A program made the position numbers and the translations under genes. Below, in pieces: positions 54,249 to 64,000 of a DNA stretch of 64,000 bases. How positions within the stretch are numbered: the stretch's first letter is position 1; each line of letters begins with the position of its first letter. This stretch comes from an uncultured Pelagibacteraceae bacterium (GTDB lineage: Bacteria > Pseudomonadota > Alphaproteobacteria > Pelagibacterales > Pelagibacteraceae): contig CACKRM010000001.1 in NCBI GenBank assembly GCA_902602655.1, positions 31,591-95,590 on the forward strand, written 5' to 3'. The notes beneath the pieces are model-generated. The model saw only the letters and a program-made list of their open reading frames with translations, was not told the DNA's origin and searched no databases.

Positions 54249-55239
54249 CAGATTTTTTTTGGTAAGCTTGAATAATCTTTGATACCAAACGATGTCTGAC
54301 TGCATCTTGATGATCAAATTCTATCATTTTAATTTCATCAATTTTCTTTAAAATATTTTTTGATTTTATTAAACCAGATTTTGATTTATCTATTAAATCA
54401 ATTTGTGATGGGTCTCCATTTACAACTAGTTTTGAGTTTTCTCCAATCCGTGTTAAAAACATTTTAATTTGAGTCATGGTAGCATTTTGTGCTTCATCTA
54501 AAATAGCAAATGAATTTTTTAATGTTCTGCCTCTCATAAAAGCTAAGGGTGCTATCTCTATCTCTCCGGTCTCAATTTTTCTTTGAATTTTTTCAAAACC
54601 AAAAAGATCATATAGTGCATCATAAAGAGGTCTTAGATATGGATCTACTTTTTCCTTCATATCACCTGGAAGAAACCCTAACTTTTCTCCAGCTTCTACA
54701 GCAGGTCGAGATAATATTACTCTTTCTACTTTTTTTTCAAACAACATAGTAATCGCAACTGAGACTGCTAAATAGCTTTTTCCTGTTCCTGCAGGTCCTA
54801 ATGCCATTACAATTTCGTTTTCTTTTAAAGCTTTAATATATTCTGATTGTTTTTTTGATTTAGCAATTACAGATTTTCTTGGTGTTTTTATTAAATGATC
54901 TAAGGATTGAACATTAGATTTTTTATCAGAATTCATATAATTTTTTAATGATAAGTTTATATCACTTTTTTCAATAACGTTAGTTAAAAGAAACTTATTT
55001 ATTAAAAATTTTACAGCTTCAGAAACAAGCTTTATTTTGTGATTTTCACCTTTTACCGTAATTGAATTACCTCTAAAATAAATGGTTGTGTTAGTCAGTT
55101 TCTCAAGTTCTGTCAAATTTGAATTAAATGGTCCAACAATTGACATTAAAAGATTATTATTAAATATTTTTAGATTAATTGTTTCTTTATCAATTTTTTT
55201 TATTGAATAACTTTCTTTTAGTTTGTTAATTTCTGACAT
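54235..55239 (-). CDS. phoH: PhoH family ATPase (YbeZ)
   Basis: GPAGTGKSY, RPAVEAGE.LGFLPG, AFMRGRT, DEAQN. Confidence 0.93.
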   Translation of the reverse strand: MSEINKLKESYSIKKIDKETINLKIFNNNLLMSIVGPFNSNLTELEKLTNTTIYFRGNSITVKGENHKIKLVSEAVKFLINKFLLTNVIEKSDINLSLKNYMNSDKKSNVQSLDHLIKTPRKSVIAKSKKQSEYIKALKENEIVMALGPAGTGKSYLAVSVAITMLFEKKVERVILSRPAVEAGEKLGFLPGDMKEKVDPYLRPLYDALYDLFGFEKIQRKIETGEIEIAPLAFMRGRTLKNSFAILDEAQNATMTQIKMFLTRIGENSKLVVNGDPSQIDLIDKSKSGLIKSKNILKKIDEIKMIEFDHQDAVRHRLVSKIIQAYQKKSDDKN

Positions 55240-55244
55240 AAATT

Positions 55245-56573
55245 TTAAGCAGCAAATGGTTTTTCATTAAAATCAGATATGGTTCCAAATAAAGTATTCG
55301 TGTTAAAGTTCTTAATTTTAACATTTAAAATTTTTCCATTAAGATTTTTGTTACTTTTAACTATTACTGAATTGAAAAATTTATCTCTTCCGAAAAAAGA
55401 GTTTTCGTCAATTCTATTTTCAAATAAGACCTCTACGCTGCTATCTAACAGTTTTTTCTTATAATTTATTTTTATTTTTTCAGATAATTCTTGAAAATTA
55501 GATAGTCTTTGCTTTGATATATCATCTTTAACAATATTTTTTTTTGCTGCAGGTGTACCTGGTCTAGCACTAAAAACAAAAGAATAAGAATTGATGAATT
55601 GAACTTTTTTCATCAATCTTAAAGTATCATTAAAATCTTTATCAGTTTCACCAGGATATCCTATAATGAAATCGCTTGAAAATTTTATATTTGGGACAAA
55701 TTTTTTTAACTTTTCTATAATATTATAATATTCCTCAATATTGTGTTTCCTATTCATTAACTTTAAAATCTTGGTTGATCCTGTTTGAACTGGAAGATGT
55801 AAAATTGGCATAAGTTTTTTTATATCTTTGTGGGCACCTATCAAATCATCTGTCATATCTTTAGGGTGCGAAGTTGTATATCTTATTCTTTCAAGTCCTT
55901 TAATTTTGCTTAATGTATAAATTAAGTCTGATAATTTTTTTTTGTTATTTAAGTATGCATTAACATTTTGACCTAAAAGGGTAATTTCTTTGGAGCCGTT
56001 CTCTACCAACACTTTTGCTTCTTCTAATATTTCAGAAACTGTACGAGAATATTCTGGACCTCGAGTATAAGGAACAACGCAAAAATTACAGAATTTATCG
56101 CATCCCTCTTGAATAGTTAAAAAGGAAGAAACTTTAGAATTAGAATTTTTTATTAAATTTAACGTATCAAATTTTTCAATGGTATCAAATTCTGTAACAT
56201 TAATTTTTTGTTTTTTTGCTTCTATATCTTTTATAATTTTTGAAATTTTATGATAAGACTGTGGACCAATCACACTATCAATATAATTTTCTCTCTTTAG
56301 CATTTCTTCTCCTTCTGCCTGAGCTACACAACCGGTCACTATGAGAATAGGTTTTTTCCTATTTTTAAATTCTTTTTTTAACCGCCCGACATCATGGTAA
56401 ACTTTTTCAGTAGCTTTTTCACGAATATGGCAAGTATTTAAAATATAACAATCGGTCTCAGAAATGTTTTCTGTTTTTGAGTATCCAATTTTTTTTAAAA
56501 CGTCAAAAATACGATTACTGTCGTACTCATTCATCTGACATCCAAAAGTTTTGATATAAATTTTTTTTGACAA
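55245..56573 (-). CDS. miaB: tRNA-i6A37 methylthiotransferase
   Basis: TFGCQMNEYDS, NTCHIREKA, CDKFCNFCVVPYTRG, TRAM domain; TTG start. Confidence 0.96.
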   Translation of the reverse strand: MSKKIYIKTFGCQMNEYDSNRIFDVLKKIGYSKTENISETDCYILNTCHIREKATEKVYHDVGRLKKEFKNRKKPILIVTGCVAQAEGEEMLKRENYIDSVIGPQSYHKISKIIKDIEAKKQKINVTEFDTIEKFDTLNLIKNSNSKVSSFLTIQEGCDKFCNFCVVPYTRGPEYSRTVSEILEEAKVLVENGSKEITLLGQNVNAYLNNKKKLSDLIYTLSKIKGLERIRYTTSHPKDMTDDLIGAHKDIKKLMPILHLPVQTGSTKILKLMNRKHNIEEYYNIIEKLKKFVPNIKFSSDFIIGYPGETDKDFNDTLRLMKKVQFINSYSFVFSARPGTPAAKKNIVKDDISKQRLSNFQELSEKIKINYKKKLLDSSVEVLFENRIDENSFFGRDKFFNSVIVKSNKNLNGKILNVKIKNFNTNTLFGTISDFNEKPFAA

Positions 56574-56574
56574 T

Positions 56575-56994
56575 TTATTTTTTAATTTTTGTACCGTATA
56601 ATTCTAATTTATGGTCAACTAATTTATAACCTAATTTCTTAGCAATTTTACTCTGCAATTCTTCAATATCTTTATCTACAAATTCTACTATTTCTCCACT
56701 GTTTACATCAATCAAATGGTTGTGATTGTCATTAATTTCATATCTTGCTTTGCCAGCTTTAAAATCATGCTTAATTAAAATACCTGCTTCCTCAAAAAGT
56801 TTTACGGTTCTGTAAACTGTAGCTATGCTAATTTTGTCATCTATTGCAGTTACTCTTTTATGAAGCTCATCAACATCAGGATGGTCTTTTGAGCCATAAA
56901 CTTCCTTTGACTCAGAAAGAATTTTTGCTATTACCTTTCTTTGGTCAGTAAGCCTTACACCTTTTTCTTTGCATTTTTCTTCTATAGAACTCAT
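56575..56994 (-). CDS. fur: Fur/Mur family regulator
   Basis: R.TDQR, DHPDV, SIATVYRT, HNHLID, H.LELYG. Confidence 0.9.
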   Translation of the reverse strand: MSSIEEKCKEKGVRLTDQRKVIAKILSESKEVYGSKDHPDVDELHKRVTAIDDKISIATVYRTVKLFEEAGILIKHDFKAGKARYEINDNHNHLIDVNSGEIVEFVDKDIEELQSKIAKKLGYKLVDHKLELYGTKIKK

Positions 56995-57007
56995 ATATTT
57001 TAATAAT

Positions 57008-57391
57008 TTAACTTAAATACAATGGTTTTATCAAATTTTTTTCTAAAAAATTTTTTTTTATTAAAATTTCAATATTTTCAAGCTTAAATTGAGGTAAGTC
57101 AGAGTCTTTAAAACCAAAAATTTTTACATTTTTAGAGATTTTTATTCCTTTTGCCACTGCTAAAGATACTCTAATAGAGGAAAAGCTACCGGGGCCCCTA
57201 TTAACTAAAACTGAAAAACTATCATCAATATTTACTTTGTGCTTTTTTAATAAATCTAATATGTTTGATACTAAAGCATCATTATTTTTAACTTTATTAT
57301 TAATATCATGAACAAAAAAATTATCACTAAATCTTATGCCGATTTTATTCTCTTTACCTATGCAACTTATTATTAAAAAGTTTTTAATCAT
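57008..57391 (-). CDS. tsaB: TsaB (YeaZ), shortened
   Basis: V.RGPGSFSSIRV...AKG motif; canonical position upstream of fur; 127 aa only. Confidence 0.75.
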   Translation of the reverse strand: MIKNFLIISCIGKENKIGIRFSDNFFVHDINNKVKNNDALVSNILDLLKKHKVNIDDSFSVLVNRGPGSFSSIRVSLAVAKGIKISKNVKIFGFKDSDLPQFKLENIEILIKKNFLEKNLIKPLYLS

Positions 57392-58418
57392 TTGTTTTGT
57401 TTTAAATTCATTTTTTTCTTACAATAATAATGCTTATTCTTCCACTTCGCAAAATAATATTAGTGATTTTGGACTAATTTCTATAATGTATCATAGGTTC
57501 AACGAAACTAAATACCCTTCAACAAATATTCAGCTAGATGTCTTTAAGGAACAACTAAAAATCATTGAAAGCGAGGGAATAAAATTTATTCACCCTAAAA
57601 ATTTTAAACAAAGTCTTTCGCAAAATAAAAATGAAAGAAAAATTTTATTTACAGTGGATGATGGTTTATTATCTTTTTATAAAAATGCTTGGCCAATTTT
57701 AAAAAAGAGAGGAATTCCATTTATATTATTTGTAAATACTCAAAATGTTGGGTCATTTAACTATATGAATTGGGATCAAATATTAGAACTTTATAATTCA
57801 AATCTTGTTGAAATTGGAAATCACAGTCACTCTCATGAATATTTAGTTGAAGAAAGTCCTGAGAATATAAAAAATGATATAGTAAAATCAATTAAAATTT
57901 TTGAAAATAAATTAGGAAAAAATTCTGAATTTTTTTCTTACCCCTTTGGGGAGTATAGTCTTGAGTTTAAAAATATTATTAAAGATCTTGGATTTAAATA
58001 CGCTTTTGGCCAACACTCAGGTGTAATAGATGAAACAAAAGATTTATGGGAACTTCCAAGATTTCCTATTAATGAAAAATATGGGAAAATTGATAGATTT
58101 AAAACTTTAATGAAAACTCTTCCTTTAAAATATAAACAAATAACTCCTGAAGATAGATACTTGTTGCAAGCTAAAAACCCACCTAAAGTAAATATCGAAT
58201 TTTATAAAAATATAACTAATTTAAAACAAATTTCATGTTTTTCAAACGAAGGGAATAAATGGCGAAACTCTAAAATATCTTTCAAAAATAATAACAATTT
58301 AGAAATTGAGATTGCTGAAAAATTTGTTGGAGAACGTGGAAGAATAAACTGTTCGTTAAGAGAAAATGGTGGTTTTTGGAGATGGCTTGGAATTCAATTT
58401 GTAATATCAGATAAATAA
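57360..58418 (+). CDS. Secreted polysaccharide deacetylase (CE4)
   Basis: IMYHRF, FTVDDG, NHSHSH, FSYPFGE, PRF; start set at MQLII. Confidence 0.85.
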   Translation: MQLIIKKFLIICFVLNSFFSYNNNAYSSTSQNNISDFGLISIMYHRFNETKYPSTNIQLDVFKEQLKIIESEGIKFIHPKNFKQSLSQNKNERKILFTVDDGLLSFYKNAWPILKKRGIPFILFVNTQNVGSFNYMNWDQILELYNSNLVEIGNHSHSHEYLVEESPENIKNDIVKSIKIFENKLGKNSEFFSYPFGEYSLEFKNIIKDLGFKYAFGQHSGVIDETKDLWELPRFPINEKYGKIDRFKTLMKTLPLKYKQITPEDRYLLQAKNPPKVNIEFYKNITNLKQISCFSNEGNKWRNSKISFKNNNNLEIEIAEKFVGERGRINCSLRENGGFWRWLGIQFVISDK

Positions 58419-58419
58419 A

Positions 58420-59883
58420 TTACAAATTAAGTTCTTGTTTAACTACTGAATTTGTGAGTTGCACACTTTCAAAGTCTGAAAGTTTATTATCTTGAATAAT
58501 TTTTTCTAAAACTTCAGTATATTCTTTTCCTGTTTGAGCATATTTATCTAAAGTTGAAGTAAGTTCTAATCCTCTAACAGATCTATTTTTTTTTCTCAAA
58601 GAATGTCTTTTCTCTCTAAAATCTCTGTAACCTTTGTGTGTGTTTAAATTGTTTTGATATGCCTTTACTGAAGCTCTTAAAATTGGAAATCTTAAAATTT
58701 TGTGACCTTTGTTTTTATCTCTTTCAAGTGGAGCAATACCTTTACCATCCCAAGTCCATTGCCCAAATATTGCATTTCCTTCTAATGCAAACCTTGAGGT
58801 ACCCCAGCCACTTTCCTTAGCTGCCTGAGCCAAAGCTATTGAAACTGGTATTACATCCATTCTTTTTTCTAGCTCTCTAATGTCCCCTTTTAAAACTTTG
58901 TATTCTTTTAATTTTTTTCTTAACCAATATTTTTCTTTATCAGTCGTAACTTTTTTTGAAGTAATTTTCTTTAATTCATATCTATCATCTAATATTTTTT
59001 CATTCTCAGCGACTATCAATGGTAAAACGATCTTTATGAAAGTATCTTTTTTAAGCTTAACACTTTTAATCTCATCAAGATCTTTAGGAAATTGAGTAAA
59101 ATAAATTGGCTTTACTTTTTTTTCACTTCGCACCTTGTTTAAATCATACTGTACGTCAGAAAAGAGGCTTAGAACAGTTTCAGTTTTTAAGTTTAAATTA
59201 GGCAGAACAAACTCTGACACAACTTCATTTTTTTTCTTTTTATCTTTTTTTGGAATTTTTACTTTGTTAGTTTCCTGTTTTTTAGGTAAAGGTTTTTTTT
59301 CATTATCACTTGGGATTAATTTAGCAAGATTTTCTTTTTCTAGTTTTTTAGTTTTCTTTTCAAATTTTTTATCTAGCATTAATTTAACTGACTCATCATC
59401 AGTTATATATTTTGTCATGTAAAATCCACCAGCAGAAAAGAGACAAATGAAAGTGATAACAGCCGCTCCAGTAAAAATTTTATTTGCCTTTCTTTCTTCA
59501 ACCTTAAAGTTATAAATACCGTTTAGTAAGTTAATTGTTCCCTTACTTATTAAAGAACATATTTTTATAATTCCATTACCCAAAAACGGAAATATTTTCA
59601 CAAATCCTTGGAGAACTTTTAGAATTGATTTTATAAAAAGTATCCATATTAAATTAACTTTGTTTGTGACTGAAAAAATAGGTTTTGAAATTTTTTTAGC
59701 TTGAATTTCTAAAATACTCTTATTGACTTCTGTTGGAATAGGAACTTTGTTTTTTTTTAAAATATGTTCTATCTGAGGAGTTGTTAAATATTTTTTTGAC
59801 TTTTCATAATTTTTTATCTCGGAGATCTTATAAATACTTGCCAATTCAAGAAGTTTATCTCTGTAACTAAGATTTTTTTTCAT
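58420..59883 (-). CDS. Membrane-anchored Bax-like glucosaminidase (GH73)
   Basis: AQAAKESGWGTSRFA.EGNA.FG, NLNTH..Y, YA...Y; N-terminal TM and Lys-rich linker. Confidence 0.85.
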   Translation of the reverse strand: MKKNLSYRDKLLELASIYKISEIKNYEKSKKYLTTPQIEHILKKNKVPIPTEVNKSILEIQAKKISKPIFSVTNKVNLIWILFIKSILKVLQGFVKIFPFLGNGIIKICSLISKGTINLLNGIYNFKVEERKANKIFTGAAVITFICLFSAGGFYMTKYITDDESVKLMLDKKFEKKTKKLEKENLAKLIPSDNEKKPLPKKQETNKVKIPKKDKKKKNEVVSEFVLPNLNLKTETVLSLFSDVQYDLNKVRSEKKVKPIYFTQFPKDLDEIKSVKLKKDTFIKIVLPLIVAENEKILDDRYELKKITSKKVTTDKEKYWLRKKLKEYKVLKGDIRELEKRMDVIPVSIALAQAAKESGWGTSRFALEGNAIFGQWTWDGKGIAPLERDKNKGHKILRFPILRASVKAYQNNLNTHKGYRDFREKRHSLRKKNRSVRGLELTSTLDKYAQTGKEYTEVLEKIIQDNKLSDFESVQLTNSVVKQELNL

Positions 59884-59885
59884 AA

Positions 59886-60431
59886 TTAAGCTAGCTCCAC
59901 AGATTTAACTGTTTTTACTTTTTGACAAATTAAGTTTTGAACACCTTGTTTTAAAGTCATTAAAGAACTTGGGCAGCCTGAACAACTCCCTTGAAGTTTA
60001 ACCTTTAAAATTCCTTTGTCGAAAGAATGAAATTTAATATCACCTCCGTCTCTTGCGACTGCTGGTCGTATCATGGTTTCTAAAATTCTTTTAATCTCAG
60101 TCACAGTTTCATTCGCATCTGTTTCAATTGTTTGATCTTTTTTTTCAGTTAAAATGGGGCCTGAGTTTTCTTGTAAATAATCATTCAAATGCGAAATTAC
60201 TGTAGGCTTTAAATCGTCCCAAGATGTATCTTTAGTCTTTTTAACTGTAAGAAACTTGTCTGACATAAGAACTAATTCCACACCCTTGATTTTTAATAAT
60301 GTTTTAACAAAACTATTGTTAATATTATTTTCGTCCTTTTTTTTAAATTCCTCAGTCCCTACTGTAGATAAAATTTTTGGTGACAAAAACTTTAATGAGT
60401 CAGGATTTGGTGTTTGTTCAATTTGTATCAT
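59886..60431 (-). CDS. NifU/Nfu Fe-S carrier
   Basis: TPNP..LKF, IRPAVARDGGDI, GSCSGCPSS..TLK.G. Confidence 0.92.
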   Translation of the reverse strand: MIQIEQTPNPDSLKFLSPKILSTVGTEEFKKKDENNINNSFVKTLLKIKGVELVLMSDKFLTVKKTKDTSWDDLKPTVISHLNDYLQENSGPILTEKKDQTIETDANETVTEIKRILETMIRPAVARDGGDIKFHSFDKGILKVKLQGSCSGCPSSLMTLKQGVQNLICQKVKTVKSVELA

Positions 60432-60446
60432 TTAGTTAAATATATA

Positions 60447-61454
60447 TTACAATAGACCGACTATTTCACGTATCTTTTTAAGGTTCTCCTCAGCTTTTTT
60501 GTTGGCGTTTTCTTTACCTTTTTTCAAAACTGAAGTTAGAAATCCTTTGTCTTGCATCAACTTTTTGATTTCTTTCCCTAAAGGACAAATTGAAGCAACT
60601 AGAGCATCTGAGAGGTTTTTTTTAAGCTTAGAAAAATCTTTACCTCTAAAATCATTTAAAACTTTTTCAACTGATGAATTTGTAATTTCAGAATAAATGT
60701 TAACTAGATTTAGTGCCTCAGGACGCTTGTTTAATTCTTCCTCGTTCTCTGGAAAAGGAGCTGAGTCGGTTTTTGCTTTTTTTATCTTTTTAGTTATATC
60801 TTCAGAACTATCTTTTAAGTCAATTCTAGAATATTCTGACTCATCTGATTTACTCATCTTTTTAGTTCCATCTCTTAAACTCATAATTTTTGAAATTTTT
60901 TTTTGAATAAGCGGTTCAGGTATGGGAAAAAAATTTTCAGCTTTATAGTCGTTGTTAAATTTTTGAGCTATATCTCTGCAAAGTTCAAGGTGTTGCTTTT
61001 GATCCGCTCCCACAGGAATATGTGTAGCTTTGTAAAGCAATATATCGGCGGCCATCAGATTTGGATAAATATACAAACCAACACTTGCTTTTTCTTTATC
61101 CGCGCCTGCTTTATCTTTAAATTGTGTCATTCTATTAAGCCAACCAACTCGCGCAACACAATTCATTATCCATGCTAATTCAGCGTGACCACTTACAGAT
61201 GATTGATTAAAAATAATACTTTTTTCAGGATTTAAGCCGGAAGCTAAAAAGCCTGCAGTTGTTTCAAAAATATTTTCTTTAAGTATTTTTGGATCTTGAT
61301 GAGTAGTTATAGCATGTAAATCAACAACACAGTATATACATTCCATTTTTTTTTGAAGTGAAACAAAATTTTTCATCGCTCCAAGGTAATTTCCAAGATG
61401 CAAATTTCCAGTTGGCTGAACGCCAGAAAATACGAGTTTATTTTTACCTGCCAT
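60447..61454 (-). CDS. trpS: Tryptophanyl-tRNA synthetase
   Basis: SGVQPTG.LHLGNY, YP.LMAADIL, PVG.DQ.QH, KMSKS. Confidence 0.97.
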   Translation of the reverse strand: MAGKNKLVFSGVQPTGNLHLGNYLGAMKNFVSLQKKMECIYCVVDLHAITTHQDPKILKENIFETTAGFLASGLNPEKSIIFNQSSVSGHAELAWIMNCVARVGWLNRMTQFKDKAGADKEKASVGLYIYPNLMAADILLYKATHIPVGADQKQHLELCRDIAQKFNNDYKAENFFPIPEPLIQKKISKIMSLRDGTKKMSKSDESEYSRIDLKDSSEDITKKIKKAKTDSAPFPENEEELNKRPEALNLVNIYSEITNSSVEKVLNDFRGKDFSKLKKNLSDALVASICPLGKEIKKLMQDKGFLTSVLKKGKENANKKAEENLKKIREIVGLL

Positions 61455-61456
61455 AT

Positions 61457-62983
61457 TTAACTTGTTCTATAATTTTTAATTTTTAACACACCGAGTAAAT
61501 TGCAAGTTATCAAATAAATTGCTGCAACTAAACTTATCACAATTATTATATAAAAAAACTTATTATTATTACTATAAATCAATTTATCATCAAAAAAAGC
61601 AAGCACATAATATAATACAAAAGACATTATTATTGTAGAAAAAATTATTTTAAAGAAATTTTTATAAGGAAGTTTTTTAATTAATAAAAATTTTTTATTA
61701 ATTAATAAAATCAAATATGCAAATACAGTTAACCAGGTCGAAACAGAAGTTGCAATAGGAATAATCAAAAAACCAATTTCTTTAAAATAATAAACACTAA
61801 TTAAAATATTTAATAAAACACTTAGTAAAGATAAATAAAATGGAGTTTTGGTATTATCTCTTGCGAAAAAAAAGTTAGATAGGATTTTTATTAAAGCAAA
61901 GGCTGGTATGCCATATCCAAAATATTTTAAAGCGAGTGAAGTTAAATGTACATCTTGTTTTGTAAAGGAGCCATAACCAAATAAAGCATTTACAATTTCA
62001 TTAGAAGCAATTATTAAACCTAAACTTGCTGGGATTGATAAGAGCAGGCAAAGTTCCAAAGACTTATTTTGTAAACTGTTTATGTTATTAAATTTTTTAT
62101 TTTTAATATTTTTTGCTAATACTGGAAGAGAAACTGTTCCAACTGCTATACCGGCAATAGCTAAATTAATTTGATAAACTCTATCAGCATAATACAAATA
62201 TGAAACTGCACCTGACTCAAAAGATGCTATGATTGTTCCTACTAAAATATTAATCTGTGTTACTCCAGAAGAAAAAATGCTTGGGAGAAGCTTTTTAAAG
62301 AAAAATTTAACTTTCTTACTAATTTTAAACTTTAAAATTAAGGAAGGTTTGTAATACTTTCTACAAAAAATAATTAGAAAAAATAATTGGAAAATACCAG
62401 ATAATGTTACTCCGTAGGCTAAGTTCTTTGCAAAATCTAATTTTAAATAAAAAGAAATTATCAAAATGATAATCAAAACTAAGTTTAAAATTATAGGTGC
62501 TGCAGCAGCGGCTGCAAATTTATTATTACAGTTTAAAATTCCAGAAAAAAAAGAAGCTAGACTTATAAAAAACAAAAATGGAAATGTAATTCTCGTAAGC
62601 TCTACCGCTAGGCTATATTTTTCAATGTCGTTAAAAAAACCTGGAGAGATTAAATAAACTATAGTTGGGGTAAATATTTCAACTAAAAAAACTATTAACA
62701 ATAAAATAAAAGCAAGCAATGAAAAAACTTCATTAGCAAAATTTTTACTGGCTTCTTTACCTAAATTTTTCTCGGCAGCATAGCTTGGAATAAAAGCAGC
62801 ATTAAATGTTCCTTCTGCAAATAATCTTCTAAAAGTATTGGGTATACGAAATGCAACAAAGAAGGCGTCAGCATATACGGAAGCGCCAAGAAATATAGCA
62901 ATTAAAATATCTCTTAAGTATCCTAAGACCCTACTTATTAAGGTGTAAATACTATATACTGATGCTGAAGATAATAAATTCAT
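61457..62983 (-). CDS. murJ: Lipid II flippase
   Basis: SR.LG..RD, DAF..AFRIPN.FRRLFAEG, YYADR; many TM. Confidence 0.95.
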   Translation of the reverse strand: MNLLSSASVYSIYTLISRVLGYLRDILIAIFLGASVYADAFFVAFRIPNTFRRLFAEGTFNAAFIPSYAAEKNLGKEASKNFANEVFSLLAFILLLIVFLVEIFTPTIVYLISPGFFNDIEKYSLAVELTRITFPFLFFISLASFFSGILNCNNKFAAAAAAPIILNLVLIIILIISFYLKLDFAKNLAYGVTLSGIFQLFFLIIFCRKYYKPSLILKFKISKKVKFFFKKLLPSIFSSGVTQINILVGTIIASFESGAVSYLYYADRVYQINLAIAGIAVGTVSLPVLAKNIKNKKFNNINSLQNKSLELCLLLSIPASLGLIIASNEIVNALFGYGSFTKQDVHLTSLALKYFGYGIPAFALIKILSNFFFARDNTKTPFYLSLLSVLLNILISVYYFKEIGFLIIPIATSVSTWLTVFAYLILLINKKFLLIKKLPYKNFFKIIFSTIIMSFVLYYVLAFFDDKLIYSNNNKFFYIIIVISLVAAIYLITCNLLGVLKIKNYRTS

Positions 62984-63041
62984 AATTAAGTCAAAAATTA
63001 ATAGTGATTTCGTCTCATTTATATTACATACTCAAAATTTA

Positions 63042-64000
63042 ATGACAAAAAAATCAAATATTGACCATTATACAGATAAAGAGGCACTTGACTTTCATAT
63101 TAAAGGAAAGTCTGGCAAAATTGAGGTAAATTCATCAAAACCTTTAACTACTAAAAGAGATTTGTCTTTAGCTTATTCTCCGGGTGTGGCCGCCCCAGTT
63201 AAAGAAATAGCTAAAAACCCCGATGCAGCATATGAATATACTAGCAAAGGTAATTTGGTAGCGGTTATAAGTAACGGTTCAGCTATTTTGGGGCTTGGTA
63301 ACTTAGGTTCCTTAGCGTCAAAGCCTGTTATGGAGGGTAAAGCGGTACTATTTAAAAGATTTGCAGATATAGATTCCATAGACATTGAAATAAAATCAGA
63401 TGATCCAAATGAAGTAATTAAAACAATTCAAAATATTTCAGGAACATTTGGTGGTATTAATTTAGAGGATATAGCTGCTCCAAACTGTTTCATTATTGAG
63501 CAAAAATTAAAAGAAAGTTTAGATATTCCCGTTTTTCACGATGATCAACACGGCACAGCTATAATTACAACAGCTGCTTTGATTAATGCATTAGATATAT
63601 CAAAAAAAAAAATTGGGGATGTAAAAGTAGTAATTAATGGAGCAGGTGCCTCTGCAATTGCCTGCGCAAACCTATTCAGGACTTCAGGGGTACAAAGTAA
63701 AAATATTATTATGTGCGATAGAAAAGGTGTAATTTATAAGGGAAGGAAAAATTTAGATAAATTTAAATCAAACTTTGCGTCACAAACAAAACATAGAAAT
63801 TTATCTGAAGCAATAAGAGACGCAGATGTCTTTTTGGGACTTTCAACAAAAGATGTTGTTTCAAAAGAAATGATTAAGTCAATGGCAAAAAATCCAATTG
63901 TATTTGCTTGCGCAAATCCTGATCCAGAAATAAAACCAGAAGAAATTATTGAAGTGCGTTCGGATGCAATAATTGCAACAGGGAGGTCAGATTATCCAAA
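63042..64000 (+). CDS. maeB: NADP-dependent malic enzyme, N-terminal part (runs off window end; absent from ORF track)
   Basis: Translated from ATG 63042: [19 protein letters not shown]...[12 protein letters not shown]...[10 protein letters not shown]...KPVMEGK...INLEDI...FHDDQHGT...GAGA...ANPDPE...ATGRSDYP. Confidence 0.93.
   Translation, partial: MTKKSNIDHYTDKEALDFHIKGKSGKIEVNSSKPLTTKRDLSLAYSPGVAAPVKEIAKNPDAAYEYTSKGNLVAVISNGSAILGLGNLGSLASKPVMEGKAVLFKRFADIDSIDIEIKSDDPNEVIKTIQNISGTFGGINLEDIAAPNCFIIEQKLKESLDIPVFHDDQHGTAIITTAALINALDISKKKIGDVKVVINGAGASAIACANLFRTSGVQSKNIIMCDRKGVIYKGRKNLDKFKSNFASQTKHRNLSEAIRDADVFLGLSTKDVVSKEMIKSMAKNPIVFACANPDPEIKPEEIIEVRSDAIIATGRSDYP

Noticed and set aside
63173-63385. 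70-aa minus-strand ORF
   Set aside because: Antisense shadow of maeB

Overview
Very AT-rich, densely packed bacterial chromosome segment. Gene content, gene order and tiny or overlapping intergenic spaces point to a streamlined alphaproteobacterium, most likely SAR11/Pelagibacterales (inference). It is mostly core genome: dnaA-dnaN-gyrB, polA, chvIG, regB/regA split by a polyamine operon, ubiEB-coaBC, irr-katG, fabABI, nusA-infB-rbfA-rpsO-pnp, metK-lnt-ybeY-phoH-miaB-fur, trpS-murJ, and partial ptrB and maeB at the edges. I saw no tRNA, rRNA, CRISPR array or IS element. The best candidate for something new is a 210-aa 'hypothetical' ORF directly after fabA-fabB-fabI. It matches the malonyl-CoA decarboxylase (GNAT-fold) catalytic domain motif by motif and keeps both catalytic motifs (TLSP, FHLxNGA) in a much shortened protein. 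Other notable points are an Irr/ICE palindrome before katG, an RND adaptor without its alpha-hairpin, a RegB with Ser at H+1, a rimP-leader-type attenuator with no rimP, and several genes missing from canonical alphaproteobacterial operons. All family calls come from motif recognition by eye, with no database searches.
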